Below, one piece after another: positions 15,151-29,449 of a DNA stretch of 64,000 nt (position 1 is the stretch's first letter; every line of letters starts with the position of its first letter). The notes beneath the pieces are model-generated. The model worked only from the letters and a program-made list of their open reading frames with translations. It had not been told where the DNA came from and made no database searches. The translations under genes were made by a program, and so were the position numbers. This DNA comes from the human T2T-CHM13v2.0 reference genome, Homo sapiens, in the NCBI RefSeq assembly GCF_009914755.1, contig NC_060927.1. The stretch is one strand, 5' to 3'.

Positions 15151-15179
15151 TAACTAGAAAAATATATACTTGTATAAAA

Positions 15180-15380
15180 CCTTACTGTTTGCAAAGTGTT
15201 TCTATATTCTTTCTCTCTTTTAGAGGAATATGTGCTTACTACTCTTCCTAATAGTATATAGGAATACTGAAACTCAAAATGTTTAAATCATTTGTGCATA
15301 GTAACAGAATTGAGTGTCAAAATCAAGTCTGTTGGATTCTACGCCCAAAGCTCTTAGGCTGTTTCCACGTACTACCTTGC
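15180..15380 (-). mobile_element. MIR SINE
   Basis: ggaatactgaaactcaaaatgtttaaatcatttgtgcatagtaacag...gccaaagctctt-type core. Confidence 0.5.
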
Positions 15381-16089
15381 CTCTTCTTAATGATTGTATC
15401 AATTAAGTATACTCCTATTGAATTTTAACAAGGACTCTGCATGCCGTCTGAAAAAAGTACATCACCAAAATAGTAGTCTTTTGATCCACAACTCACCAGA
15501 CATACTAGTGAATTAAAGGTGAGTAAAACCACACTTTCATTAAAAATGTACATATATATTCTATAACTAAACATGGCAATTTTTTTACATAATTTGTTCC
15601 TGCGTTATTTTAACTATAAACATAAAAATAGATCATCCACACATATTTTAAATGAGCATTATTCTATCCAGAAAGAGAAATGGGAGCTTTGTAAACTCTG
15701 TGTGAACAAATTGTTTTATATTCCTTGTGGTTGCATTCCAATTTACACTTGCAGATGTCTTCACTTAAAACCACATCGTGTGGGTATCTTCTCCCTATTG
15801 CAACTGTCCCAGCTTCCAAAGAAACTGGAGCATCAAATCTCGCCTTTGAAGTCAGCTGCAGTGTCATAGTCTCATTCTCCATTAATTAACTGAGTGCTCA
15901 GTTGATCTCAATGTGCTTTCTCCTGCCAGCTCTGCAAGGCCTTGCCCTCTGCAGCTGGTTCTGCACAGAACCAGAGTCTACAAAAAATTAAAAATCAAAG
16001 CTAAGGAGGTTTTAACTTTGCCTGATTTTTCTTACCTGGAAAAGAAGCAGACAGCACAGGCTGCTTTATGTTCCACATGAAATGGTAAA

Positions 16090-16310
16090 AATAGTATGAG
16101 CTGTAAAGCACACAAATGAAGTTTTGAATCATGGTTACCTGCTAGCTCTTACGTTGAAGAAGTTTTGTAACGTCGAGATCTTCAACATCCTTTTCCATAA
16201 AAGGAAAGAATTCCATTTCCATAAATTGTTTTGAGAATTAAATGAGTTAATGAACTTGATAGTGTCAAACATTACTCCTGACATGTAATACATATTCAGT
16301 GGAAATTAGT
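16090..16310 (+). mobile_element. MIR SINE
   Basis: gttttgaatc...ccataaaagg...ttgttttgagaattaaatgagttaatg...cctgacatgtaata. Confidence 0.6.
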
Positions 16311-16418
16311 TTCTTTCTTTCTATTTGTTGAGATATCTTGAGTAAAATTTAATTTCTTCTCATCCTCACATTTGTGGCTTTTGAATATCAGTTAATTACT
16401 TTTCTAAAGTATGAAGTC

Positions 16419-16728
<310 letters not shown>

Positions 16729-18186
16729 TTATCATTTAATTTTTTATCAGGAGCCATGATTTAAAAAAATCTATTTCTGCTATTCCTTTCAAATTTCCCC
16801 ATTTAACAAATATGTATTTAGTGCCATCATGATCCAGGGATTGTTCCAGAAAATGAGTAAAATTCTTATATAAAAGAAACAGGGACTCTCCTCAAGCGAC
16901 TTACATCTTCTCAGAAACAAATAAATGAATTATATTTTGAATCTATATTTAAACATGTTGGAAAATGATTTATGAAAACTTAGACCTCATGTTTGAAACA
17001 TAAATGTTTATTATGGAATCAACCAAAGTGTAAGTAGGAATGATACACGATGTCCTCTTTTAACATACTCTGCCTCCCTAAATTCCCTCTTTCTCTTTAA
17101 ATAACCTGTGATTTAAAGCTAAAAGAACATGGCAAATATTTCTCAGAGACTGAAAGAGATTTTCAGAGAAGTTTTAAGGCCTAAGTAAACAGTCTTCATT
17201 TCAAGTGTTTTGTGTATATTTAAGTGATTCTACAGCCTGTATTGTTTTTCTAGTGAAATATAATGATTTCAGGAATTGAAAAAAAAATTGATGACAAGAA
17301 AATGGTAATTCTACATCTGTTTTTACTTAAGAATGCTTATATTGGTCAGAAAACAGCAGGTATTCATAAAAGTGTTGACTGAGTTGAATAGTCTTTCATA
17401 AAAGTGTACCTTTTTTATATTAATATTTCTCTTAGGAAATATGATAAAGTATATTTCAAATAACACTATTTTTTTCCATTAACACAGTATAGATTAAATC
17501 TATAAACGTATGTATTTTTTCAAAATGTTCAATATTATATTATTGATAATAGTATCAGAAATGAAAAATAAATTTACTATAATCAATTTTGAAATGATTT
17601 TTCACAAAAAATTATATATGGCTAATTTGACGAAGATGTTGAAAGCCATTTTCAATTGTAAAAGTCTAATGGAAATGCTTACTGCCTACCCAGGCATGAA
17701 CCCCCACCCTGCACATGGCCTACAATCTATTCATGTCCACATGCTTTGTTCCTGGGAAACTTAAACACTGAAAATATTGGATTTTTACTATGGCTTAAAT
17801 ATAATTATATGGTGGGTAGGTGGTGGCAGTAATTACACTATTTTATAGCTTTTAGTAGTTTAAATACAGTTGCAACAGAAAGTAAAAGTATAGAATAATT
17901 AATGACTAAAAGTTTTTCAGAGAAAGATTAGATCAATTTTTTTTTTAAATAAAATAGAATTAACATTGAAATGTCTCTTATTCTACCATTTTGTTTGTAA
18001 TTTAGGTCACAGAATCTTAATGTGTCTTTTTTTTTCTTTTTTTCTTTCCTTTTTATTTGTTTTGCCTTTTTAACTAAAATTAAATGGGTTGGTGTGGGTT
18101 GACAGGAATTACACTGACATGGCTGAGAATTCTATCCTACAATTCTAAGATCTAAGGCTTCTAAAATACAAAGGGAGAATCATTGA

Positions 18187-18544
<358 letters not shown>

Positions 18545-18579
<35 letters not shown>

Positions 18580-18596
18580 ACACACACACACACATA
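18545..18596. repeat. (CA)n microsatellite
   Basis: About 25 CA units with one interruption. Confidence 0.97.
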
Positions 18597-19864
18597 AACT
18601 ATATGTGTATTTATATAAATATATATGTATATATGAAGTTACCCTATAGGCTAAATTTAAATACAGTGCCAATCACTAGGTATTTTATTTCATTATAACT
18701 ATTCTTTTCTGTTGACAATATATTGCAAGTCTTAATTTTATTTACAGATTTTGTTTGGCCTTATTTTTCTGTAATTCATACTGCTTCTTGTAATTGTGAA
18801 TTAAAATTCTATTCTGAATAGTTAAAAGCTATTTCAAAACGTAACAATTTGAAGCCTCATGACTGCTAATTTAGCCACTAACCCAGGCCCTTCTGATCCC
18901 TCATACTATCAATTTACTTAAACAGCTAAACCTTAAACATAATATTAAGTTACACAGAAATGTCTTTGAAGCTTGGTAGATGAATCACTGTGATTATTGT
19001 TTTCAGTCGAAATACTTCTTTCCTTATCCCTGAAGAGAGAAATTGTCTTCTAGTTGTCATTTTAGCCAATTATTTAAAATTGTGAAAATATGACTTAGTC
19101 CTATTCTGTGGTTCTCTAGTAACAAGTAACTTGTCTCTTGTGATTTGTTAAGCTTTTGAAACCCTTAGTGTTTAATATGAATTCCTGTCTAACAGGCTCT
19201 GTATATCTTGTAGGTCAAAACTGTTGTGACCATGAAGCAAACAAACAACCTTAAGAGCTTTTAAACAATAAATAGGCTTATGACATATACATGGCTTCAA
19301 ATTGTATTTTACAGGAAATGTATTAAAATTTGTCACTATAACTCTAATTTCATTTAAATACATAAATCTTTGCTCATATAAACTGGAATTAAATTTTAAA
19401 TTTCCAATTTCATCTGCCAACATGCTTCATCTTTGCTGGATTTTCTGATGCTAATTGGAATGCTCTGAAGCCCACAGGACAGCCAATGACAACTTTTGGG
19501 CTATTTCCATGTTTCCAATTTGCGCTGGATAAAGCAGGATGGCCAAATTATGACAGAGTTTTCTCTTCCAAATCAATCAACTTTTAATACAAAGATTTCC
19601 TCAAGAGTCAAAGACTCTAAAAGAGAAAGGTTTAAATTTTGGATGTTGCAAGCTCAAATCACCAAGTGAAATTTGATCCTTGAACATCTAAATCAATGAT
19701 TAAAATGTTTCATAGATAGACTGCACCTTGAAAATACTAAGTCTAGAGACAGCCTCTTCAGGAGACTTGTGTGGATACATAGACATCATTTGATTTAGTC
19801 TTATATCTAAACTGGTACAAAATATTCTTATATTCTATAATTTTATATAAACATAACCTCATTT

Positions 19865-20241
19865 TATAGGTTAAATCATGTCTTCCCTCAAAAAAAAAAA
19901 AAAAAAGTTATGTTGGAGACCTGAAACCCATTACCCTCAGAATGTGATCTTATTTGAATATAGGCTCTTTATAAAGGTAGTAAAGTTAAATAGAGGTTAA
20001 GAGGATTAGCCCTCATCCAGTATGACTGGTGTCATTATAAAATGTTACAATTTGGACACAGAAAAATAAATGTATAGGGAGATAACTGTATGAAGAAACA
20101 CAGGGAGAAGATGACCATCTACAAGCTAAGGGAAGAGATACAGCTTTCAGAAGAAACCAATCCTAATTTAAATACATTTCTGTTCTTTAAGCCACTCAGT
20201 TTGTCCTACTTTTTGGAAGCAGCCCTAAAAAACAAATAACA
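19865..20241 (+). mobile_element. MLT1B-like MaLR solo LTR
   Basis: ctcagaatgtgatcttatttg...ccagtatgactggtgtcattataa...tttggacacag...tttaagccactcagtttg...gcagccctaaaaaacaaataaca. Confidence 0.85.
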
Positions 20242-20243
20242 CA

Positions 20244-20381
20244 GGACGGGCATGGTGGCTTAAGCCTGTAATCCCAGCACTTTCGGAGGCCGAGGGAGGA
20301 AGATCACGAAGTCAGGAGTTTGAGACCAGCCTGGCCAACATGGTAAAACCCAGGCTCTACTAAACACATACACACACACAG

Positions 20382-20412
<31 letters not shown>

Positions 20413-20605
20413 TAGCCGGGCATGGTGGTGCACACCTGTAATCCCAGCTACTTGAGAGGCTGAGGCAGAAGAATTGCTTGAACCCAGGGGGCGGAGGTTG
20501 CAGTGAGCCGAGATTGCACGGAGCCGAGATTGCACCACTGCACTCCAGCCTGGGCGACAGAACAAGACTCTGTCTCAGAAAACAAAACCAAAAACAAACA
20601 AAAAA
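20244..20605 (+). mobile_element. AluS with (CA)n in the central linker and a 16-bp internal duplication
   Basis: Alu body with (CA)n at ~20364-20409 and gagccgagattgcac twice. TSD aaacaaata(a)caca. Confidence 0.93.
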
Positions 20606-20738
20606 ACAAATACACATCATATTTATTATCCTAAAATTACCAAATTATGTGTGTGTATAAAGTAAGTATGTATTTATATATGGTAATATGATATGCTGAA
20701 GTATAATTCGTTATTTTAAACATATATAACATATGTTT

Positions 20739-20903
20739 CCATATATTTTACAACTAGTAATTTTACAATGAAAACATTTAAAATTTATTGTTCCTCTCAT
20801 GACTATTTTTTTGAGACAACACATGACAATCTAAAAGTGACAGTCACTTTTAGATTGGCCTTTTTGAAAGAAAAATAAGAAGCATTTGAGAATAAGAGTT
20901 TTA
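20739..20903 (+). repeat. Local dispersed duplication, copy A (probable donor)
   Basis: About 89% identical by hand alignment to 22397-22580. Contains a 31-bp palindrome at 20827-20857. Confidence 0.93.
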
Positions 20904-21665
20904 GTTTTCCTGATTAGTAGCAAGTACCATGTCTCCTTAATCCTTAAAAACATGAAAATCAATTTTATTGGCTGCTGTTTAGGAGATAACTCATTTCTCA
21001 ATTTTTCTGATTAAATTCATCTTGAGGATAATGTAGTTATTTTAAGACGTGGTAGAAATAAAGCCATTCCTAGTGAAGTTCTATTTCAGGTTCACATAAA
21101 AGAAATCCTACATTTTCAAAGAATCACTGGAAATTTTCATGATGCCTAGAGTCACAAGAGTCTCCTCATCACCTAGGAATATTTGGGCCATTAACCAGCA
21201 GTGTGAACTTGGAAACATCACCTAACCTTCATGTGTCTATTTTTTCTCAATTACACAATAGAAATGTTGAACTGGATGAGTCGCTTGTTCTCTTTTGAAC
21301 TCTCATAGCACTTATCACCTCTACCATTAATATCACACTTTTTTTCTATTGTTAGTATGTTTCCGTTGTGAAATCTTGTTTAAACTCTTGTATGTTTTAA
21401 ATTTTAAAATGTTTTAAAAGTACTTGAAAGGGCAGATACAGTTTAAATTTTTATTGCAATGCTCCAACAACACTGACACCACTGCTACATAGACATTTTA
21501 CTTTTTTCTTTATTCCTTTCTACACTGCCCAGTGCATTTTCTAACATGAATAAAATGAATTGAGACAGAAAATAGAAAAATTTATCTGAATTTTTCATAG
21601 GCAATGTCTTTATAAATCCACCCTAACTTATTAACTGTTTAAAAACACTTCAAAAAAAATGTTTA

Positions 21666-21966
21666 GGCCAGGGGCAGTGGCTCATGCCTATAATTCCATC
21701 ACTTTGGGAGGCTGAGGCAAGAGTGTGGCTTGAGGCCAGGGCAGTAAGTGCAGCCTGAGCAACATAGGGAGACTCCATCTCTCCAAAAAAAAAAAAAAAA
21801 AAATAGCTCGGCACGGTGGTGTGTGTGCCTGTGGTTTCAGCTACTCAGGAGGCTGAGGTGGGAAGATTGTTTGAGCCTGTGAGTTTGAGGCTGCAGTGAG
21901 CCGTAATAACACTATTGCACTTCATTCTACATGACAGAGTCAGACCCTGTCTCAAAAATAATAACA
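21666..21966 (+). mobile_element. AluJ
   Basis: Diverged dimeric Alu: cttgaggccagg...gaagattgtttgagcct...gagtttgaggctgcagtgagc. Confidence 0.88.
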
Positions 21967-21971
21967 ATCAC

Positions 21972-22820
21972 TTTTTTATTTAGAACGTTTATGGATATAT
22001 AATAGCTGTGCATATTTATGGGGTACATGCAATGTTTTGAAATATGCATAAAATTTGTAATGATCAAATCAGGGTAATTTAGGGTATCCATCATATCAAA
22101 CATTTTTCGTTTATGTTAGCTTCATTCCAATTCTACTCTTCATTGTTTTAAAATATGCCATAAAATTTTCTTTACCATAGTTGCCCTACTGTGCTATCAA
22201 ACACTAGATCTTATTCTTTCTGTCTAACTGTATTTTTGTAAACGTTAACCATTCTTTCTTTATTCCTAACTCCCACTACCCTTCCCAGCCTCTGGTAACC
22301 ACCATTCTACTCTCTATCTCAATTTATTCATTTTTTTTAGCTCCCACATATTAATGAGAACATGTGATATTTGTTTTTCTGTTCCTGACTTATTAGCCAT
22401 ATTTTACAACTAGTAATTCTAAAATGAAAGCATTTATAGTGTGTTGGTTTTCTCATGACTCTATTTTGTGACAACACATGAAAATCTAAAAGTGACTATT
22501 GTCACTAAAAGTGACAATAGTCACTTTTAGATTGGCCTTTTTGAGAGAAAAATAATAAGTATTTGAGAATAAGAGTTTTACTTATAAGAATATTCAGTAT
22601 ACTGATTTTCATCCTTTTGGGTACAGACCCAACATTGAGATTGCTGTATGACATGGTAGACCTATTATATTATTTGAGGAACCTCCATACTGTTCTCCAT
22701 AATGGCTGTGATAATTTACATTCCCACTAAGAATGTATGAGGGTTCCCCTTTCTCCACATCCTCACCAGCATTCATTACGGCCTGTCTTTTGGATAAGAG
22801 CCATTTTAACTGGAGTGAGT
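21972..22820 (-). mobile_element. L1MA-type 3' end, interrupted at 22397-22580
   Basis: catatttatggggtacatg...tgatcaaatcagggtaatt...cccttcccagcctctggtaacc...tgagaacatgtgatatttg. Resumes ~22597 with atactgatttt...gaggaacctccatactgttctccataatggctg. Confidence 0.88.
22397..22580 (+). repeat. Local dispersed duplication, copy B (inserted in L1)
   Basis: Matches 20739-20903. Contains a 51-bp perfect palindrome at 22483-22533. Confidence 0.93.
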
Positions 22821-25800
22821 GATTCTTCTTTCTGGAAATACTGTCTGAAGAATTGTCCCAGTGTATAAAACCCAGTTATCATTACAATTTTTATTTTAAT
22901 TTTTAACAGTACTACAGTATCATTTGCACATAAATAAATCCTTTAGCAGTGGAGGAGAGCAGTACAAAAGGTCAACACCTTTGACAGTTTCTTATAAATT
23001 TCAATGAGTACCTACTATATGACCCTACCCAAGCCATAGTAAAAATTATTAAGGGATCAATTGAAAATAAATATCCTCACATCAGTCACAATATAAACCT
23101 ATAGCTAATTTCTGTTTGTTGAGACAACGGCTGAGAAGGGATCAAAGTCCTAAACATTTGTGACTGCTTTCTCAGAAAATAATAACAGATATAAAACTAG
23201 TCAATAGTGGAATATTAGATGCAAGCTGAATTTTTACTGTTGGATCCTGAGAAATACAGGCTCCAAATTTCCAAATGAGAATAAATATTTTGTGTTGTCT
23301 AATGAGCTTAAGTCTTTAATGTAGGGAAAATTAAATATCCCAATTTAAAAATATAATGCATTAGAGGAATATATTAGGGAGATCAGAGCTTATTAAAAGA
23401 AAACCTGTGTGTAGGCTGACACAGAGGGATCCTTGAAAAATAGTGATGGCACAGATTCCTTCCTGGGGGCTTTGTAGGTTTGACCTTTGTAATGAAATAA
23501 TATGGGAGAGAATTACTGAAATTCACTTAGGATGCAATCTGAGTTTATAATTTTAGGTCAGTTGTTGGACTTAGTTATATTTTCACTTTTGTATTATGTA
23601 AAAATGAAATATACATATATTTAAGTGAATAATCCACTTCCAAAATATCTAAAATTCCATGTAAAATATGTCCTCTGGAGTCCTTCTAAGCTAAATTCCA
23701 TACATTTTAAGTTTTCTGTGTTATACAAGTTGTGAAAAATCAAATTAACTAGTCAAGCAAAGGCAGATAAAAGATCTACTGCTAGTTTGCAAGTAGATTG
23801 AAGATTTGACTCAAAAATCTGTGAACAAGGCTTTTTTTTATTCCCATTGCTTAAGAAAATGGTGCTACACAGTAGTTTGTTGATAAATATGTATGAATTA
23901 CAGGATGAATTAATAATAGATTATTCTCATGGTCCCACCATACACATTCAACATTTTTAATTCTTTTTAAAATAAGTTTTGCTTCGTGTACAATAAGTTA
24001 TTTGTAAACTTTAACTTTGATGTTATTTTGGCTTTTAGCACTTTTCATTGTCTCGTTAGACATTTATATTCCACCCTTGATATTAAATATAATGCTCCTG
24101 TGGGATTTAATCTTTGCATTGTACACAGAATAGTGTCTTACAGTAGAAAGAACTCAGTGTTTAAAGTGTTAATTATAAAAGAATGAATGGATAACTGTAT
24201 GAATGAATAGAATGATTATGATATGTTGTAATAGTGATACATATAAAAGTAATAATCTTAATTACTAAAAAATCTACATCTTGTTTTTAATATTAGCGAG
24301 CCATGTAAATAATGAGGGTGATAGAATACCTTCAGGTAAGCATTTTAGAAAAAAAATGTTAGATAAGTAAAGTTTACATAATTTGATTACAAGTTAAATT
24401 TTATGTCTATATTATATGTAAATGCTTAGAAACAACTTTTTAGTGATAAAATTCACTTCTGTGCATGCAAATTGGGTAATTGTGTATCTAACTGACCACT
24501 TAGTTTGTGGTTGAGTAATTATTGTCATCAACTGCCTGTTTGCACATTAAATGAAGACCAGGTGAAAATGTTAATTAGGTTAATCATTTTAAATAATTTT
24601 TGTTATTAAAGAAACGTGTTTTTCTGCTCTTGCTGCAGTTTTGCAATTGCTATTTAAAATAGTTTTCACATGGCCTTCCAACATTGGAGACCCAGATTAG
24701 AAGCTCAAATTCAAGCGGATGATTGGGTCAATACATCTCATTAAGGAAACCATATTATAGAGGCTTATCATTAATGCATAAAAGGCTATTATATTTCGAA
24801 GTAAGTTGAGAAGAGATAGTAATGTGTGACAAATACCAATTTTCCTGTTGTTATATTGAGGGACTCCATGTAATTCTGGCCAAACTTTATTCACTTTCTT
24901 AGCCAGAAAATCTTACCGTGTACAATTCACTTCCTTGGAAGTATATGAGTAAAATAATGTTTTTTAATAAAACAAAATCTAAGCAATAAAATTTGACCTT
25001 TATTTCCCTTAAATATAAATGAAATGAAATAAGTGTATATTAACTATTACTGAATTAATGTCAAATATTTGCATCTGAAGCAAATAAAAATAATTTGAAG
25101 ACCTGAGTTTTTCATCTTTTCTGCTACTATAGCAGAAAACCTTTTATGTAGGCTTGCTTAGTCAACAACTTGTAATCAAATCTCTCCTGGAGCAAATGCT
25201 GGATGATTTTCTATCATTTTCTCAAGTTATCAAAACTGCCTCAGGTAGTTGGGTCATTAAATAGCAATAGGTATCAACAAAAAGCAGCCTCACATCATTA
25301 GTGCTAATGATGTCTCAGGCTTACATCTAAAAAATGACATATGGACTTCAGAATAATTTAAGTTGACTTCAGTGTCAGATATTTACTGCAGGATAGTTTT
25401 AAGACAGCCGTCGCCAGCTCAGGGGAAAGGCACAATAAGAATTATTTCAACAAAATATTTGTATCAGAGTGTAATAGTGCCTCTGGTCAACTTAATTTTA
25501 TGATGATGATTAATCAATGTTCAACAATGACTGATAGTATACACATATATTAATGGGTAATCAACTTGACCTTAAGCAATTATTTTACTTGGATTCCTCA
25601 GCAAAATTTGCCTAAAACTTAGCTAAATTTTGTGATCTGTTAAAGAAGATTACAAAAACCTTTTCAAATGTTAACAAAAATGCCTTAAGAAGGTTCTAAA
25701 TCTTGGATTCTCTAACTGTTCAAACTTATAATATTTCATTTTTCTTGAATTTTGATTACTGACTTAGTTTCTTCTTAAATATTGAGGCTAAATTAAAAAT

Positions 25801-26169
25801 AAAGCATGAAGAAGCTATTAGAGGCTGTAGTTTCTCAATCATTATGTAGTTTTTATATTGAGAGTGAAAAAAATAATATGAAACTAGACCCCCAAAATAG
25901 ATTCTCATTATAATTTAGTAACTTGTATTTTCAAAATGTAATAAAAATAGGGCTATGAAGTTACAAGGTGACAGGAAAGTAAACTAGCTCAAAATAGAAG
26001 AAAAACAGTCATATTAAAATATTTCTAGGTTGTGAAGATATACTAAAAAAAAAGATACTAAGTAAATAAATAAAATGCTACAAACATGTTCGGTCTTCAT
26101 GAGAACAAATTGTCCTCTCAAAAAAACAAAATATTTTATAATTTCTAACTTATTTTGATACATTCATTT

Positions 26170-27250
26170 TCTATTGATGTCTCAACCTTCTGTAACCTAG
26201 CTTCCATTCCTCACCAGAATAGACAAAAATGAAAGTGATCATAAAACATCAGTCACCTACTAATTTCTAAAATCAGTGGCCTGCTACTTTATATCGGGGT
26301 AGCATTTTGCACTTGGCTCCAATAAACACTTTATTTGATTTTAACTCTTCTTCTTCCTTGATACTAACCAGACCTCTCTATTCTCTTCTTGTCAAGGGTC
26401 AGATTCTTCTTTTTTGTATTTATGTTTAATTGACACTTAATAATTGTACATATTTATGGTGTACAGTGTTATGTGTCAATACACATGTACAATGTGTAAT
26501 GAACAAATTGGAATTATTAGCATATTCATCATCTCAGATATTTATCACTTTTTTTTTTGTTGAGGACATTCAAAATCCTCCCTTCTAGCTATATTGAAAT
26601 ATACAATATGTTATTGGTTTTTCTCTAACTCAGTGTTTGAAAATGATATAACAAAGTTTATAGCTTCTGCCTTTCTATTTGTATTTAATAATCAGCTTCT
26701 TCTGTGAGATGATTGTCTATTCATATGTCTGCCATAATCTATAATTTCTGCCAAGATGTAATTCTTGAATGGTTTACTAATTTACCCAACTATCTGGTAC
26801 ATGTCTTTGGAGGCAGTATGGATGTCTCCAAGTCTATTTGTCCATGCAGAATTCATTACTTTCTGTTTCCCTAGGCAGTGCAAAGTAAAGCAAAAATAAG
26901 CAAACAGTAATAAAACCATACAAAGACAGCCTGTTCTCTCTGATTGTATTCATTACTTTTTGAGTAAGGTCGATATGCACTCATCCTCTAAACTGAAAGA
27001 AACCGTGAACATATTGGTCCTGTGAACCCCCTGCCCAAAATATATCTGGTACCCAATTTCATAGGTTCCATTTTCTAAACATTATTTTATAAGCTCTTAT
27101 CTTTGACGTCATTGCTTTTACTTTAGGCCATCAACATTTCCTTCTGCACTATTGTTACTGCCCTGCCTTATAGCTTTGAGAATCTCCTCATTGCCAAGTG
27201 GAACCCCATGTTTTTTAGAAATTTGCTTCAACCTACCTTTCAATCCCATC
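26170..27250 (+). mobile_element. L2 fragments, interrupted by L1M
   Basis: Pyrimidine-rich, degenerate L2-like motifs such as ctagcttccattcctcacca and ggccatcaacatttccttctgcactattg. Confidence 0.45.
26415..26616 (-). mobile_element. L1MA/MB 3' end fragment
   Basis: aattgacacttaataattgtacatatttatggtgtacagtg...acattcaaaatcctcccttctagctatattgaaatatacaat. Confidence 0.85.
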
Positions 27251-27855
27251 TCTTGATATTTTTCTGAATTTAGCTAAAATAAAAGCAGCTTTTCTTGTGG
27301 ATATGAACAAAAGCTTTAATAATAGGTTGCAATAATTTTATTTGTTATAGGCCAGTTAAATTATAATTAGCAATTTTAAAATCAACAAGAATAAGAGAAG
27401 TTATTTGTGTAATAATTTATATTTCAGACCATAAAATCAAATTGTTTACGTAAAGCTCAATGGCAAATTGATAGCGAATGTTTTCTTTTTTCAGTTTTTC
27501 ATAAAGGGTGATTCAAAATTATAATAACAAAGCTAAAGAAAACTATATTTCTGTGAAATGTAAGATTTATATTGTCAACTATCAATTTGGACTAATAGTC
27601 AACTAGAAATTGTTATATTAAGCAACTAATACCAGTAATGTTTTGTTCAGCAAGTAAATATTATGAGAAGGCAGAATTTTATGTTACTAAGTGGTCAATA
27701 TAAAATTTTTCATGTTTTTCCTTCTGAGAGTTAAAAATAAAAATTTCGTATATGAAACATTTAGAGTTCTCAATCATTTCTTTCCATTTTAAAGATTTAA
27801 TTTTTCTTAAAGCTGATAAAAATATCAAGAACATACCAAGAGGGGTAGTTGCTAA

Positions 27856-28030
27856 ATAAATTTATATATATATGAATTATATATATATAGCTTATTAACA
27901 AAGTTAATAGTTAAATAGTTAAAATGAACTAAATATATATATATTTAATATATATATTTAATATATATTAAATATAATATATATAAATAAATATAAATAT
28001 ATATATATAAATATATATATATATTTCATT
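27856..28030. repeat. AT-rich low-complexity, quasi-palindromic tract
   Basis: Almost pure A/T with (TA)n blocks and taaatat/atattta units. Confidence 0.9.
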
Positions 28031-29449
28031 ATCAAAGTTGACCATTTAAGGGAAAACAATATTTTGGCCTTCCATCTGCCATCTCATCCCCAACCTTATG
28101 CTGGCCAATAATAATTGCTTTTAAAGCTCCTTCTCCCACAACACCTCTAAAAAATGTTAAATTGCAGCATCTTTAAACTCCAACTGAACCAAACATTCCT
28201 ATTTTAGTGTGATGATTTGTCTAAATTCTGATGTGTAGCACAGTGCAAATGATATAATTTAAATAGAATTTTAATGAGGGGCAAAAAGAAAGACAATTTA
28301 TACTTTCTCGTATTTCTCTAAATATATTAACTGTCTCAAGGAACAGCTTTGTGAGCCAAGTCATATGTATCATTGTAAACTGGTGGTATAGAAAAACATG
28401 GAAACAAATATTTCTTTATATTGTGTGTAATTGGGACAAAAATAAATGGCCTACAGACTGAAGGGCATAACTTAGTTACCCTTTCTGGCTTTCAAATAAC
28501 CATTTATCATAGGATTTCTGCTCGCAACTGAACCTGCTGTATTCTTTCATTGGGACTTAGCAAGTAAACTGAATCAAGCTCTCATTCTAAATACTATTCA
28601 CCACTTTGAGAGTCTAGCCTCAGTGTAAATGAGGCTAATGGGATAAGATCTAAGTATTTTTGCTCTTTTTTCTACAAAATCTATAAACACCCCAAAACTA
28701 AGCCTGGATTTTGGGTATGCAGACCGGCATGCTAAATGAGTATTTGTTTACTATAAAATTTTCATTTTCTCCTTCTTCACAATTTTCCTCCTATCAAGAT
28801 TTCTTTGTCTTATAGGTTCTATTTATAAATAGTGTTATGACATTCATATACTCTCATATATTTTAATCTCTTAGAATGATTTCCATATTAGTATCCAGAC
28901 TGTATACTGTAGGGATACATTTACAGTGTTTGAAACATATTGCATTTTGTTACAGTCATTCAAAATACTGCCTTAAGCATCATTGCCTCCATCAGCGCCT
29001 CTGCCTATGCCAAATATCTGGAAAGATCTATTAACAGATGCCTGTTTACTCTAAAGTGATATTAACATTCCTTATCAGACTGAATTAATTGCTTGAGTAT
29101 AGTAGAAGAGTGACTTGCATAGAAGATGTGTGTGCCTCCAGGAACAGCAAGCCTTATCAGCTGGTTACATATAAGCCTTTTCCGCATTAAACTTGTGTGT
29201 CCCATATCACAGGCAGAGTCTAGTGCTCAATACACACAAAAAAATTTATTAGATACATGTCAATTTTCATCTGTTTAGTGAAAATACTTTTAATAACTGG
29301 TTAATCCAATCCACCTTTGTCTAGATGGATTTCTAAGAGTACAGAGTTTTTGTTTGTTTGTTTTTAACCACTATGTTAGTGGGACACAATCTTCATAGTA
29401 AGTAATCTGTGCAATAGCCCCGAGAAGCCAGTAATATAGTAATAAAAAT

